This document shows positions 1 to 9,169 of a stretch of DNA of 32,000 bases, in pieces (position 1 is the stretch's first letter; the number at the start of each line of letters is the position of its first letter). The position numbers and the translations under genes were made by a program. The notes under the pieces were generated by a model. That model was not told the origin of the DNA. It saw nothing but the letters and a program-made list of their open reading frames with translations, and searched no databases. The stretch covers positions 780,001-812,000 of the forward strand of contig NZ_CP011034.1 of NCBI RefSeq assembly GCF_001465295.1, read 5' to 3'. The stretch is from Pseudoalteromonas translucida KMM 520 (GTDB lineage: Bacteria; Pseudomonadota; Gammaproteobacteria; Enterobacterales; Alteromonadaceae).

Positions 1-1113
1 CACAGGTGTAACATCTAACGGCTCGGCTCCTAGGTTCAACATTAACTTATTTGCTGAGGGGGGATCACCTAAAATTAGTTCTGGCACTATGCCTAAGTTT
101 GCTTCAAGCCAGTTGGTAATAGTTGGCGTATAAAAGGTATCAAAACTAGCCCACGAAATAATACCGGCGTGCAAGCTTGGGTCAACTACAGGTAGAGCGC
201 GTTTGGCTACATTAATATAATCGGGAATATAACCTAAATATTCAATCATAGTAGCAAGTTTTAAATGTACTGTAGTGTATATAAGTGGTTTAACATTGCT
301 GTTATACGGAATTAAAATACGACGTGGAACCGGCGCTATATTAGATGTTCCCCATGTTTGTAAGTGGCCATCAGTTACCCAAGGAGTATAACCAGCATTA
401 ATTATTTTTTGCGCCATAGCAAGGCGTTGCTTAGGTTTTGCATAATCAATTACTTGTACATTAAAACTAAGGTCTTGCGCTTTATGAAGTTGAGCATTTA
501 ACCATGCTTGATCATTTTTATTGGTTAACTTATAGCTGTTATCTAACGGGTTAAAATGACTAAATAAACCCTCCGCAACCAAATCGTTAGCTTTACCTTT
601 AAGTTGCGGTAAAAGCTCAAAGCCACGATTAAGAATGAGTTGTTTATTAAAGGTGTTCGATAACTGCTCTATAATAAAAACTAAACCCGCTTGTTGGGCA
701 TTTTTATTATGTTTTTTGTCTAATAGTTGGTAGCTATCAAGGGTATCTAAAAATAAACCACTAAAGCCACGTGCCTTTAGTGATAGCGCACTATTTTGTA
801 CATGCTGTTGCCACTGCGATGCAGTTAAGTCGCTAATATAGCTATTCCAATTAGGATTAACACTAAGTGAAGACTCACTCTTTGAAAACGACTCGCCAAC
901 ACTTAAATAAGCATAAACAGCAATATTACGCTGTTTGAGCCAGTTTAGCTCGTGCTTGGTGATCAGCTCTGGTTGCACTACAACACGCGAATAAAAAGTC
1001 ATTTCAGCTAAGGGCATAGGTGCAGAGTAATAAAAAGCGATACTATTATTAGTTTCAGGCTTAGCAGTTACATTTGCGGTGATAAATAGCAGTATAAAAA
1101 ATAAATACTTCAT
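1..1113 (-). CDS. Secreted GH114/PelA-like glycoside hydrolase family protein (N-terminal 371 codons; the C-terminus lies beyond the left edge)
   Basis: It is absent from the ORF track because it runs off the window. Hand translation of the minus strand from the ATG (complement of 1111-1113) gives 371 codons with no stop down to position 1. The N-terminus MKYLFFILLFITANVTAKPETNNSIAFYYS looks like a signal peptide. Motifs AVYAYLSVGES, GFSGLFLDTLDSY and LNRGFE resemble the TIM barrel of endo-alpha-1,4-polygalactosaminidase/PelA-type (GH114-like) hydrolases. Confidence 0.6.
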   Translation of the reverse strand, partial: MKYLFFILLFITANVTAKPETNNSIAFYYSAPMPLAEMTFYSRVVVQPELITKHELNWLKQRNIAVYAYLSVGESFSKSESSLSVNPNWNSYISDLTASQWQQHVQNSALSLKARGFSGLFLDTLDSYQLLDKKHNKNAQQAGLVFIIEQLSNTFNKQLILNRGFELLPQLKGKANDLVAEGLFSHFNPLDNSYKLTNKNDQAWLNAQLHKAQDLSFNVQVIDYAKPKQRLAMAQKIINAGYTPWVTDGHLQTWGTSNIAPVPRRILIPYNSNVKPLIYTTVHLKLATMIEYLGYIPDYINVAKRALPVVDPSLHAGIISWASFDTFYTPTITNWLEANLGIVPELILGDPPSANKLMLNLGAEPLDVTPV

Positions 1114-1228
1114 TAACCCTTCGTTTTAATTAATAAATAGCCAAGGTGCAATTAAAATAATTGTACCTGATTTGTTATAGGAGTTTAGTATTAATACTTT
1201 AATTATATGTTACAAAAAGCAAAAAAAC

Positions 1229-1249
1229 TAAACAATTTTAAATTGTTTA
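1229..1249. repeat. Perfect 10-1-10 inverted repeat TAAACAATTT-T-AAATTGTTTA in the divergent intergenic region; possible dimeric regulator site
   Basis: Read directly from the sequence: the arms at 1229-1238 and 1240-1249 are exact reverse complements. It lies between the divergently transcribed hydrolase and chemoreceptor genes. The very AT-rich context lowers its significance. Confidence 0.3.
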
Positions 1250-1617
1250 CATTGTAAATAAGCATTTTATGTTGTGTTTACTCACCATTGCGGCAATTAA
1301 TTAAATATTTTATCTGTATTAGGTGTTTTGCTTACTTTAAAGGTTATTAATTATACTCGGATAAGTTGCAACTTTATTACTATTCATCTTAGGTTTATTA
1401 ATGACAATAGCGTGTTTTTGTATTAAACCAAAGTAACTACGACTATAATCACCAGCCACTAGTTATACTTTTAAGTAAATACCTACCTTAATTAAATAGA
1501 CTTAGCCGTTTATATGATGAAGGGGGTTGCTAGAGTAAATTATAAATTTTGCAGCGACTAAGTTACAAAATGAGAGTAGGGCTTTTACAGCTTACAATGC
1601 GTTTATTTGGAGAAGAA

Positions 1618-3285
1618 ATGAGTAATTTAAGCTTGAAAAGTAAATTGTTACTACTCGCTATTTTGCCACTAATATTATTATTGGTTAGCTTTTTATCAAG
1701 TTCGTACTATTTAGAAATGCAAAGTCAGCAGCACAGCTTTGACACCTTTAAAAGTAAGTTATTAAAAGATAAACAAACGCTATTAAAAACTGAAATTGAA
1801 ATTGGTAGTCAAGTAGTACAACACCAGCTTGCAAATGGCACTGAGCAAGATGCTAAAAATGCATTAAGAGAACTAACCTTTGGCGAAGACGGCTACTTCT
1901 TTATTTATGACACTAATGGCGTGAGTGTTTTTCATGCGATGTTAGGTGATGCAATAGAAGGGCAAAACAAAATAGCCATGACTGACCCTAATGGTAAAAA
2001 AATCATTGTAGGTTTACTTGCACAAGCACGCCAAGGTGGTGGGGCGTTTACGTATCATTTTCAAAAACCAAATACCAACGGTTTAGTTGAAAAAATAGGT
2101 TATGCAGCGATGATCCCTGGAACCAACTGGATGCTAGGCACTGGCGCTTATATGGACGACATAGAAGCAGAGCTTGAAGGCTTTGAGCTATCTATGCAAA
2201 AAAGCATGAGCGAAAAAGTAACCACCTTATTGATCATTGCGTTCTTTTGTTTGTTATTAACTATTGCGGGCGCTTTATTTGCTGCCAACCATATGCTTAA
2301 ACCGATACAAAGAATGGTGCAAAGCCTTGATGATATAGCTAAAGGTGAAGGCGACTTAACTAGACGTTTAGAAATTGACAGCCACGACGAAATTGGCCAA
2401 TTAGGTGAGTCGTTTAATATATTCGTAAGTAAACTGCACGGTATTATAGCCAGTGTGGTTGATGTAACTAACGATGTTAAAACGGCATCAGCAGATATAA
2501 ATACACAAACCTTGGTAATTGAAGATAAATTACTAAAACATAACCATGAAACCGATTTAGTCGCGACCGCGATTACTGAAATGTCTGCAACCTCTCACGA
2601 AGTGGCGCAAAATACGACCCAAGTTGCAGTGTCAACTCAGGCTGCAACGCAAGAAGTAGCAAGAGCGCAGGAATGTGTTGATATATCTTTAAGTGAAGTA
2701 TCAAACTTAATGGCTGAAATAAATACAGCTGCTGAACAGGTTGATTCGTTAAGTGAACAATCTAAAAAAATTAATAGTGTATTGAGTGTTATTGGCGGCA
2801 TTGCAGAGCAAACAAATTTACTGGCACTTAACGCAGCAATTGAAGCGGCGCGTGCGGGTGAGCAGGGCAGAGGTTTTGCAGTAGTTGCTGATGAAGTAAG
2901 AAGCTTAGCAAGTCGTACCCAAGTAAGTACGTTAGAAATTAGCGAAATGCTTAGTGAACTGCATAACTTAGTTACTGCGGCGGTTAATGCTATGCAAGCA
3001 AGTCAGCAAAGCTGTAATCGCTCAGTTGAGTCATCACGTGCTATTTCAGAAAGCTTAGGCGCGGTTACTACATCGGTTACCACTATAAACGATATGAGTA
3101 CCCAAATAGCAACAGCTGCAACAGAGCAAAGTAGTGTAACTGAAGAAATAAACCGTAATGTTTTTGCTATTCAAGAAATTGTAAATGAGCTAACAGAGTC
3201 AAGTAAAACAACGTCATCGGTAAGTTTACATTTAGCTGGTCGTGGTGAAAGCTTAGGCGATTTAGTTGGGCAGTTTAAAATTTAA
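1618..3285 (+). CDS. Methyl-accepting chemotaxis protein with a periplasmic single-Cache-type sensor, HAMP and MCP signalling domain
   Basis: This is track ORF 1549-3285. I prefer the ATG at 1618 ([18 protein letters not shown], a TM helix), which is preceded by GGAGAAG, over the TTG at 1549. A Cache-like segment ([18 protein letters not shown] ... [14 protein letters not shown]) lies between two TM helices. A HAMP-like segment is present ([24 protein letters not shown]). The highly conserved MCP hairpin motif [35 protein letters not shown] is present. Confidence 0.9.
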   Translation: MSNLSLKSKLLLLAILPLILLLVSFLSSSYYLEMQSQQHSFDTFKSKLLKDKQTLLKTEIEIGSQVVQHQLANGTEQDAKNALRELTFGEDGYFFIYDTNGVSVFHAMLGDAIEGQNKIAMTDPNGKKIIVGLLAQARQGGGAFTYHFQKPNTNGLVEKIGYAAMIPGTNWMLGTGAYMDDIEAELEGFELSMQKSMSEKVTTLLIIAFFCLLLTIAGALFAANHMLKPIQRMVQSLDDIAKGEGDLTRRLEIDSHDEIGQLGESFNIFVSKLHGIIASVVDVTNDVKTASADINTQTLVIEDKLLKHNHETDLVATAITEMSATSHEVAQNTTQVAVSTQAATQEVARAQECVDISLSEVSNLMAEINTAAEQVDSLSEQSKKINSVLSVIGGIAEQTNLLALNAAIEAARAGEQGRGFAVVADEVRSLASRTQVSTLEISEMLSELHNLVTAAVNAMQASQQSCNRSVESSRAISESLGAVTTSVTTINDMSTQIATAATEQSSVTEEINRNVFAIQEIVNELTESSKTTSSVSLHLAGRGESLGDLVGQFKI

Positions 3286-3312
3286 AACATATTTTAAAAT
3301 TGAATCATTTTT

Positions 3313-3346
3313 AAAGCCGTAATTTTTTAGTTACGGCTTTTATTTT
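3313..3346 (+). terminator. Rho-independent terminator of the chemoreceptor gene
   Basis: A perfect 10-bp stem pairs AAAGCCGTAA (3313-3322) with TTACGGCTTT (3331-3340) around an 8-nt loop. The T-rich tract TATTTT follows, 28 nt after the stop codon. Confidence 0.7.
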
Positions 3347-3645
3347 GCCTGCTAGTTTTATCCACAGTAAGGTAGCCCTACTTAGCTAATTAAGAAGTAT
3401 GCAATTACCTATACTTAAGCATCTGAAATTATATCAAAAGTAAGTCGTGATTTGGCTTGTGTAATTAAATTTAAAAAAATAATAAAAACATTAACCGCTG
3501 ATTATTTTTACGCATACAATGCGAAAAAAGCGGGTGAGTTTGCATATTTTTTTCAGTATTTTATGCCCCCTACGTTACACTAATAGCAATACATATTAAT
3601 AAGTGACTATTTATTAATATAACCTACTAAACTTTAAGGCTTAAG

Positions 3646-4998
3646 ATGATTGAGTATCCGGTTGATAAACTACCCCAACTCATAAATGACTTATTACAGT
3701 GCGACACCACAGAGCGCAAAAATAAGTTATTAATAGACGCACAATTAACATTATCAACTGAGCATTTATCATTGCTTTTTGAAGCAATACCTAAAGAACA
3801 GCGCCTTGAAATTTGGCAGTTGTTAGATGAAGACACGCAACACGAAATATTTGTTAATTTAAGCGATGACAGTACCTTATGGTTACTGCAAACTTTAGAT
3901 GATAGCGACGGTTTTAAACTATTAGACGAAGTTAACGTAGAAGAACTGCTTGAGCTTGAAGAAGTAATTCCTGAACGGTTTGTTGAGTATGCAAAAAAAC
4001 AACTCGATGAAGCACAAACAAAGCAATATGAATTAGCGCAACAATACCCTTCTGAGCAAATAGGTCACTGGTTAGGTTTTGACTTTTTAAAAGTGTCTGA
4101 AAAGTTAACCGCAGGGGGCGCTAAAAAGTTATTTCATAAGGGGTTGCCGCAGTTCACAGAGGTTATTTATTTAGTAAGCCGTAAAGGTAGTTTAATTGGT
4201 GAAGTGGCAATTAATGCTCTAATAAAAGCCAATGACAACGACAGTTTAATTACTTTAGCAAACCATGATTATGTATCGCTGCATGCTGATGATGATTTAT
4301 ACGAAGCTGCGGAAGTGGTTATTCATAGCGAAAAAATGGCAATGCCGGTTGTTAATGTTGATAACAAATTGCTGGGCCGCTTAACCATTGCTTCTGCGTA
4401 TGAGTTACGCCAAGAAATAACCGACGAGGCTGCTGCTAAAGCGGGTGGTCTACGTGAAGACGAAGATTTATTTGCGAGTGTACGAAAAAGTGCTAAAAAC
4501 CGGGGTATTTGGCTAGGTATAAATTTGGCGACTGCATTTTTAGCATCGTGGTTTATTGGCTTGTTTGGTGCAACTATAGAGCAAGTAGTGGCTTTGGCGG
4601 TATTAATGCCAATAGTGGCCTCTATGGGCGGAATTGCCGGGAGTCAAACGCTCACTGTTATTGTACGTGGCTTGGCACTTGGCCAAGTAACCGACTCTAA
4701 CCGCGCGGCGCTACTTAAAAAAGAGTTACGAGTAGGCGCGGTAAATGGTTTTGTCTGGGCCTTTGTTATTGGCGCACTAACCTTTTTGTGGTTTAACGAC
4801 GTTATGCTAAGCATTACCATTACCGTGGCTATTTTGCTTAACTTAGTTGCAGCATCGTTAGCGGGTGTAGTGATCCCTTCTATTTTAGATAAAATGAAAA
4901 TAGATCCTGCGCTTTCGGGCTCGGTCATTTTAACTACAGTAACCGATATAGTTGGTTTTGTTACCTTTTTAGGTTTAGGTAGTTTGCTACTGTTATAG
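3646..4998 (+). CDS. mgtE: Magnesium transporter MgtE
   Basis: The 450-aa protein has MgtE architecture: an acidic N-terminal domain, a CBS-pair region (EVIYLVSRKGSLIGEVAINALI ... MPVVNVDNKLLGRLTI) and a C-terminal 5-TM domain. The TM domain carries conserved MgtE motifs (LMPIVASMGGIAGSQTLTVIVRGLALG ... ILTTVTDIVGFVTFLGL). Confidence 0.9.
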   Translation: MIEYPVDKLPQLINDLLQCDTTERKNKLLIDAQLTLSTEHLSLLFEAIPKEQRLEIWQLLDEDTQHEIFVNLSDDSTLWLLQTLDDSDGFKLLDEVNVEELLELEEVIPERFVEYAKKQLDEAQTKQYELAQQYPSEQIGHWLGFDFLKVSEKLTAGGAKKLFHKGLPQFTEVIYLVSRKGSLIGEVAINALIKANDNDSLITLANHDYVSLHADDDLYEAAEVVIHSEKMAMPVVNVDNKLLGRLTIASAYELRQEITDEAAAKAGGLREDEDLFASVRKSAKNRGIWLGINLATAFLASWFIGLFGATIEQVVALAVLMPIVASMGGIAGSQTLTVIVRGLALGQVTDSNRAALLKKELRVGAVNGFVWAFVIGALTFLWFNDVMLSITITVAILLNLVAASLAGVVIPSILDKMKIDPALSGSVILTTVTDIVGFVTFLGLGSLLLL

Positions 4999-5040
4999 TG
5001 CCTTGTATCGCAAGGAACGCGTAAATAAATAGGAAAAACA

Positions 5041-6102
5041 ATGACTTTTGATGTCATGATTTGGTGTGCTATTGCACTGTGTATTTCGCAGTCGGCAATA
5101 TTTTCGGGTTTAAACTTGGCGTTTTTTTCGCTAAGTAGATTACAACTCGAAATGGAAAGTAGTAAAGGTAACGCCGCTGCGATAAAAGTAATGGCACTGC
5201 GTAACGATTCTAACTTTTTACTTTCGACTATTTTGTGGGGTAACGTAGGTATTAACGTACTGCTGACGTTACTTTCTGACTCGGTATTAATGGGTGCAAG
5301 TTCGTTTTTATTCTCAACTATTGCTATTACTATTATTGGCGAAATAACACCACAGGCGTATTTTTCACGTAATGCGTTAAAAATGGCCAGCATGTTGTCG
5401 CCGTTAATTAAGTTTTATCAATTACTGTTTTATGTCGTTGCTAAGCCTACAGGGCTAATACTCGATGCTTGGTTAGGCAAAGAAGGTATTACCTACTTTG
5501 CAGAGAGTGAGCTCAGAGGTATTATTCGTAAGCACATAGAAGCTGAAGAGGCTGATGTACAGCACGTAGAAGGTATTGGTGCACTTAACTTTTTTAGTTT
5601 AGATGAAATAAGTGTTACTAAAGAAGGCGAAGTGATAGATCCCGACTCAATCATAGCGTTACCAACCAAGCTTGATTTACCAATATTTCCTGAACTAACA
5701 CTCAGTGCCGATAATGAATTTTTACGCAAACTGCACAAGTCTGGTTATAACTGGGTGATTATTACTAATCAGGTAGGCGATCCTTTGTTAGTGGTTGATG
5801 CGGATGGTTTTTTACGCGCAGCTTTGTTTGAGCCAGATACATTTGATCCGTACCACTTTTGCCACAGACCAATAATAGTGATCGATGAAAGTATGCGCTT
5901 AAGTGACGTTATTTTAAAAATTCGCGCCAGTCATTCATTAGATAAGTCATTCGATGGGGCAATTGAGCACGATGTAGTACTGGTATGGGGCGATGAAAAA
6001 CGCATTATTACTGGGGCTGATATTTTTGGCCGATTACTAAAAGGCATGAGTGCGCCTAAACTTGAATTAAACCCCAGTACAGATAAACCTAAACCGCTTT
6101 AA
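5041..6102 (+). CDS. CNNM/DUF21 transmembrane-domain protein (CorB/TlyC-like) with a divergent CBS-like C-terminal region and no obvious CorC_HlyC domain
   Basis: The 353-aa protein has an N-terminal DUF21-like 4-TM region (FSGLNLAFFSLSRLQLE ... LLSTILWGNVGINVLL ... IIGEITPQAYFSRNAL). A soluble region follows that looks CBS-like but degenerate. The gene starts 42 nt after mgtE on the same strand and is preceded by AGGA. Confidence 0.75.
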   Translation: MTFDVMIWCAIALCISQSAIFSGLNLAFFSLSRLQLEMESSKGNAAAIKVMALRNDSNFLLSTILWGNVGINVLLTLLSDSVLMGASSFLFSTIAITIIGEITPQAYFSRNALKMASMLSPLIKFYQLLFYVVAKPTGLILDAWLGKEGITYFAESELRGIIRKHIEAEEADVQHVEGIGALNFFSLDEISVTKEGEVIDPDSIIALPTKLDLPIFPELTLSADNEFLRKLHKSGYNWVIITNQVGDPLLVVDADGFLRAALFEPDTFDPYHFCHRPIIVIDESMRLSDVILKIRASHSLDKSFDGAIEHDVVLVWGDEKRIITGADIFGRLLKGMSAPKLELNPSTDKPKPL

Positions 6103-6120
6103 ACGGCTTAGGTTTATAAA

Positions 6121-6948
6121 TTAATCACTTTTAATAATACTAACAATGCGCTGCGGTAAAGGTATTTCAATATTCGCTTTATTCATAGCGCTATAAACCC
6201 CACCATTAATAGCCAACTTGGTTTCGATTATTTTGGTGGTTGGTACCCAGTAGCGGTAGCTAATAGTTACGCCATTGTCGGCAAAGCGTTCTATACCAAT
6301 TTGTGCATTGGGCACTTTAGCCACAAGCTCATGGCCATTCACAACATCTTCAATTAGTTTAACTGCGCTATTAGAACACGCGCTGTAAGCAATGGTAATT
6401 TCGCCCTTTACCAGTGAAAATTTAAACGAATTATGGAGTATTTCACCGAGGATATGCTTATTGGGTATGGTTATTTCTACCTTTTCTTCGTCAATCAGCA
6501 CTGTATGCCCCAGCTCTATTATTTTAACTTGCCCGCTGACATTTTTAACCTCAATGGTGTCGCCAACCACAAAAGGACGAGTAGCAATAATAGCAAGGCC
6601 AGCACCATAATTAGACAACATACCTTGCATTGCCAAACCTGCACCAAGCGATGCAGCACCAATAGCGGCCACAAAAGGGGTAACACTAATGCCTATTTTA
6701 CCCAGCGCAATAATAATGACAATTATTATGAGCAACACTTTAACTAGGTTACTTACAAAGTTAGTTAACGTGACGTCAATATTATGGCGAGCCATTAAAT
6801 TAGCTACTACGTTGGCAAGCTTTTGCGCAACCCACAAGCCAATTAAGAGTATAAAAATAGCACCTACAATTTGCATGCTATAGGTAACTAAATACTCGGT
6901 AAGCATGGCGTAGTATTTTTCAAACTGTTCTATTTCTGGGCTGATCAT
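6121..6948 (-). CDS. Small-conductance mechanosensitive channel (MscS family)
   Basis: The 275-aa protein has three N-terminal TM helices and the MscS pore-helix/beta-domain signature (GIGAASLGAGLAMQGMLSNYGAGLAIIATRPFVVGDTIEV ... GQVKIIELGHTVL). Confidence 0.85.
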   Translation of the reverse strand: MISPEIEQFEKYYAMLTEYLVTYSMQIVGAIFILLIGLWVAQKLANVVANLMARHNIDVTLTNFVSNLVKVLLIIIVIIIALGKIGISVTPFVAAIGAASLGAGLAMQGMLSNYGAGLAIIATRPFVVGDTIEVKNVSGQVKIIELGHTVLIDEEKVEITIPNKHILGEILHNSFKFSLVKGEITIAYSACSNSAVKLIEDVVNGHELVAKVPNAQIGIERFADNGVTISYRYWVPTTKIIETKLAINGGVYSAMNKANIEIPLPQRIVSIIKSD

Positions 6949-6985
6949 ATGTGCTCTTAAGGTGGCTATTAAATATTTTTGCTAA

Positions 6986-7729
6986 CTATAGCAAAGTGTT
7001 GACTAAGATTGGATATAAAAACGGTACTATTACAGCCGTTAAAAGCGCACTTAATGCCATGGCAACCGATGAAAATGCACCTATTTTAGGATGCTCAACC
7101 AATGCCGCCGCGGTGCCAATAGCGTGACAGGCAGTTCCCATGGCAACGCCTTGCGCTTCATGGTTATAAATTTTAATTAGTTTAAAAAGTATAAAGCCAA
7201 ATAAAGCCCCCAATAAACCAATAAAAATAACCAAGGCAGCGGCGAGCGAGTCAATACCGCCTAATGACTCGGTTACAATTAGCGTTATAGGGGTTGTTAC
7301 ACTCAATGCTGCAACTGAGGCGCTAAGTTGTGTGGGTACAGCAAATATCATGCTAAGTAAAAAAGCCACTACAGTGGCGTTAATAATCCCTAAACTACAA
7401 GTGGTTACGATTAAGAGTAAGTTTTTACGTACATGAACAAACTGCTGATATAAAGGTAATGCTAGTGCCACAATAGCGGGCTCTAACAGCCAACTTAGTA
7501 ATTGGCTGTGGCTAGCAAATTTAGTGTAAGGCAAGTTTAAATTAACCAAGAGTAAAGCAATAATAGCTATACTTAAAAATACAGGGTTAGTAAGCGATTT
7601 TAAAATAACATGCTTAACCCGCTGGTTAAGTAGCCTTAATAATAAAAACAGCGCAATAATAACCGGAACGCTAAGCCACCATAAATCTGGGGTTAGTTGT
7701 GCTGTTAGCGATTTTAGTTGCTCAGTCAT
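6986..7729 (-). CDS. LrgB/CidB family membrane protein
   Basis: The 247-aa polytopic membrane protein has LrgB-like motifs (EPAIVALALPLY, SVTTPI, GTACHAIGTA). Its ATG overlaps the stop of the upstream LrgA-like gene in the sequence ATGACTGA, which suggests translational coupling. Confidence 0.85.
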   Translation of the reverse strand: MTEQLKSLTAQLTPDLWWLSVPVIIALFLLLRLLNQRVKHVILKSLTNPVFLSIAIIALLLVNLNLPYTKFASHSQLLSWLLEPAIVALALPLYQQFVHVRKNLLLIVTTCSLGIINATVVAFLLSMIFAVPTQLSASVAALSVTTPITLIVTESLGGIDSLAAALVIFIGLLGALFGFILFKLIKIYNHEAQGVAMGTACHAIGTAAALVEHPKIGAFSSVAMALSALLTAVIVPFLYPILVNTLL

Positions 7730-8087
7730 TATTTACGCGTCCTTTAAAGTAGGCAATAACGCTACTAACTAACAATAAGGTGCTAATAGGAACTAGCAAT
7801 ATAATGGCAACTAAAAAAGGCCAATGCGACTTTATTAAGCCAAGGTGCTCAATAAAGCCAACCCCCGCAGGAATAAAAAAGATGGGCATAATATTTAAAA
7901 TAGGTGAAGCGCAGGGCTTTAATTGATGCTCTTTTACTATGCCGGTTAACAGGAGCAGCAATAAGATAACCATTGCCAGCAAAGGCGCAGGAAAACTGCC
8001 GCCAATACTGTGCATAATGAATTTAGCCGCCGCTAAGCAGAGTAAAATAATTGCGCTACTTAACACATATTTCATTAGAGAACTCAT
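7722..8087 (-). CDS. CidA/LrgA family holin-like membrane protein
   Basis: The 121-aa protein has four TM helices and lies immediately upstream of, and overlapping, the LrgB-like gene, which is the canonical pairing. The start is uncertain: no clear SD precedes 8087, and the alternative ATG is at 8075. Confidence 0.75.
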   Translation of the reverse strand: MSSLMKYVLSSAIILLCLAAAKFIMHSIGGSFPAPLLAMVILLLLLLTGIVKEHQLKPCASPILNIMPIFFIPAGVGFIEHLGLIKSHWPFLVAIILLVPISTLLLVSSVIAYFKGRVNND

Positions 8088-8142
8088 TGGAAAGTCAGGA
8101 ATTTTACTTTAACAAATCTCTGTTATTTATGCATGCATCATC

Positions 8143-8934
8143 TTACCAGCGTTTAGGATTGGCATAATGAATATCGGTTTTACCTTTTGCTTTAGCAATT
8201 GCCTTTTTGGTATTTGGACTAAGTAATAATCTAATTTGGCTAAAGGTTTCTTTGGCGAGTATGTTGCGTTGCTGAGTTTTATAGCTTTGCTGGGTAACGC
8301 GCTTAATTGCCGCCAGGGTGTCGGGCGAGCGGGCTAATAGTATTTCCAACATTTTTTGTGTGGCGGCTTCGGTGTCATCAGTTACTTGAGTGACCAAGCC
8401 AAGCTCTTTTGCTTGTAGTGCACTTATTGGATTAGCATGGCTGGCAAGCCAAAGTGCTTGATCGCGTTTTACTAAACCGCTCATTACAACATTAGCCCCC
8501 ATATCAGGGCATAATCCCCAGCGTGCTTCCATAATGGCAAATTGGGCATCGTGGTGCACTATTCTATAGTCAGCGCCCAGTGCAATTTGTAATCCACCGC
8601 CAAGGCAGTTGCCATTAATTTGGGCAATAACCGGCACGCTAAGCGATTGCCAACCCAGTACTACTCGCTGGGCTAAATTTTTATTGCCAGGTAACCATTT
8701 AAATAATAATTTAATAATATTAAGCGGCGACGCCATCACTGCGGCTATATCTAGCCCCGCGCAAAAGTGATCGCCTTCGCCTTTTAAAACGACGGCGCGG
8801 ATGCTGCGATCTTTTTTAAGCTTTTTTATTATTTTATTAAGCTCAACAAACATAGCAAAGCTTAAAGCATTTTGTTTTTGCGCTCTGCTTAGTGTGACAA
8901 TTGCAATGCCTTGTTGTTTTTCTAATTTTATCAT
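8143..8934 (-). CDS. Crotonase/enoyl-CoA hydratase family protein
   Basis: The 263-aa protein has the crotonase fold signature (AVVLKGEGDHFCAGLDI ... NGNCLGGGLQIALGADYRI). A GAGGAG SD precedes the ATG. Confidence 0.85.
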   Translation of the reverse strand: MIKLEKQQGIAIVTLSRAQKQNALSFAMFVELNKIIKKLKKDRSIRAVVLKGEGDHFCAGLDIAAVMASPLNIIKLLFKWLPGNKNLAQRVVLGWQSLSVPVIAQINGNCLGGGLQIALGADYRIVHHDAQFAIMEARWGLCPDMGANVVMSGLVKRDQALWLASHANPISALQAKELGLVTQVTDDTEAATQKMLEILLARSPDTLAAIKRVTQQSYKTQQRNILAKETFSQIRLLLSPNTKKAIAKAKGKTDIHYANPKRW

Positions 8935-9126
8935 TTTGCACTCCTCTGACCTGTTGCCTGAGCTTATGATGTTATTTAAGTTAAGTAAAGTGAGCGTAGT
9001 TGATTAAAATAAAATGAATTTATTGGCTAGCGGCAGGTCTCAATTGATTGATTTTACTTATAACAATTAAGAGACTGAAGAAAGTCAGTTTTTTCAGCGT
9101 TTTTTTCTCAAAACAGCGATAACTTT

Positions 9127-9135
9127 TGGTATTAT
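9127..9135 (+). promoter_or_regulatory. Candidate extended -10 promoter element (TGgTATTAT) for the 9170-10874 gene string
   Basis: TGGTATTAT matches the TGnTATAAT extended -10 pattern and sits about 35 nt upstream of the ATG at 9170. No good -35 is seen, and none is required for the extended -10 class. Confidence 0.3.
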
Positions 9136-9169
9136 GATCATACTTTAAAAGCTCAAAGGTTAACTACTC

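Noticed and set aside
1549-1617. The ORF track shows upstream extensions for the MCP (TTG at 1549), sdhE (TTG at 12482), pdxJ (22794, overlapping recO) and ygfZ (GTG at 12359).
   Set aside because: In each case an internal ATG with a better-placed SD gives an N-terminus matching the family: a TM helix for the MCP, an ~83-aa SdhE and the [21 protein letters not shown] start of PdxJ. The extensions are treated as non-coding.
3358-3366. A perfect consensus DnaA box, TTATCCACA, just downstream of the MCP terminator.
   Set aside because: It is a single isolated box. Under uniform base composition, one exact 9-mer match on either strand of a 32-kb window has roughly a one-in-four chance. There is no cluster of boxes, no adjacent AT-rich 13-mer-type unwinding repeats that I can identify, and no origin-associated genes (dnaA, gidA/mnmG, mioC) nearby. 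It is not an origin, and a regulatory role is unsupported.
3347-3645. A possible M-box (Mg2+) riboswitch or other known leader upstream of mgtE.
   Set aside because: The region is very AT-rich. I cannot find the multi-helix GC-containing core expected of an M-box, only small hairpins such as CGCAT-ACA-ATGCG. It is not claimable without a covariance-model search, so the region is kept only as part of the mgtE finding.
4644-5393. A 249-aa ORF on the minus strand spans the mgtE 3' end, the mgtE-CNNM spacer and the CNNM 5' end. That is strikingly long for an AT-rich genome.
   Set aside because: It is fully antisense to two well-supported genes. mgtE and the CNNM gene happen to share the same frame phase. 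In the antisense frame concerned, a stop arises only where a sense Tyr/His/Gln codon follows a codon ending in T or C. The region encodes transmembrane helices that are poor in Tyr/His/Gln, so the frame stays open by composition. The predicted protein is low-complexity (Ser/Thr/Ile/Lys-rich) with no recognisable motif or SD. I treat it as a shadow ORF.
8935-9169. A possible small RNA (for example a Csr-type sRNA, since barA is nearby) or terminator in the 235-nt spacer before the 9170 gene.
   Set aside because: There are no repeated GGA/ANGGA motifs in hairpin loops. Only a weak 5-bp hairpin (ACTGA-AGAAAG-TCAGT) followed by T-runs is present. The evidence is insufficient for an RNA gene call.
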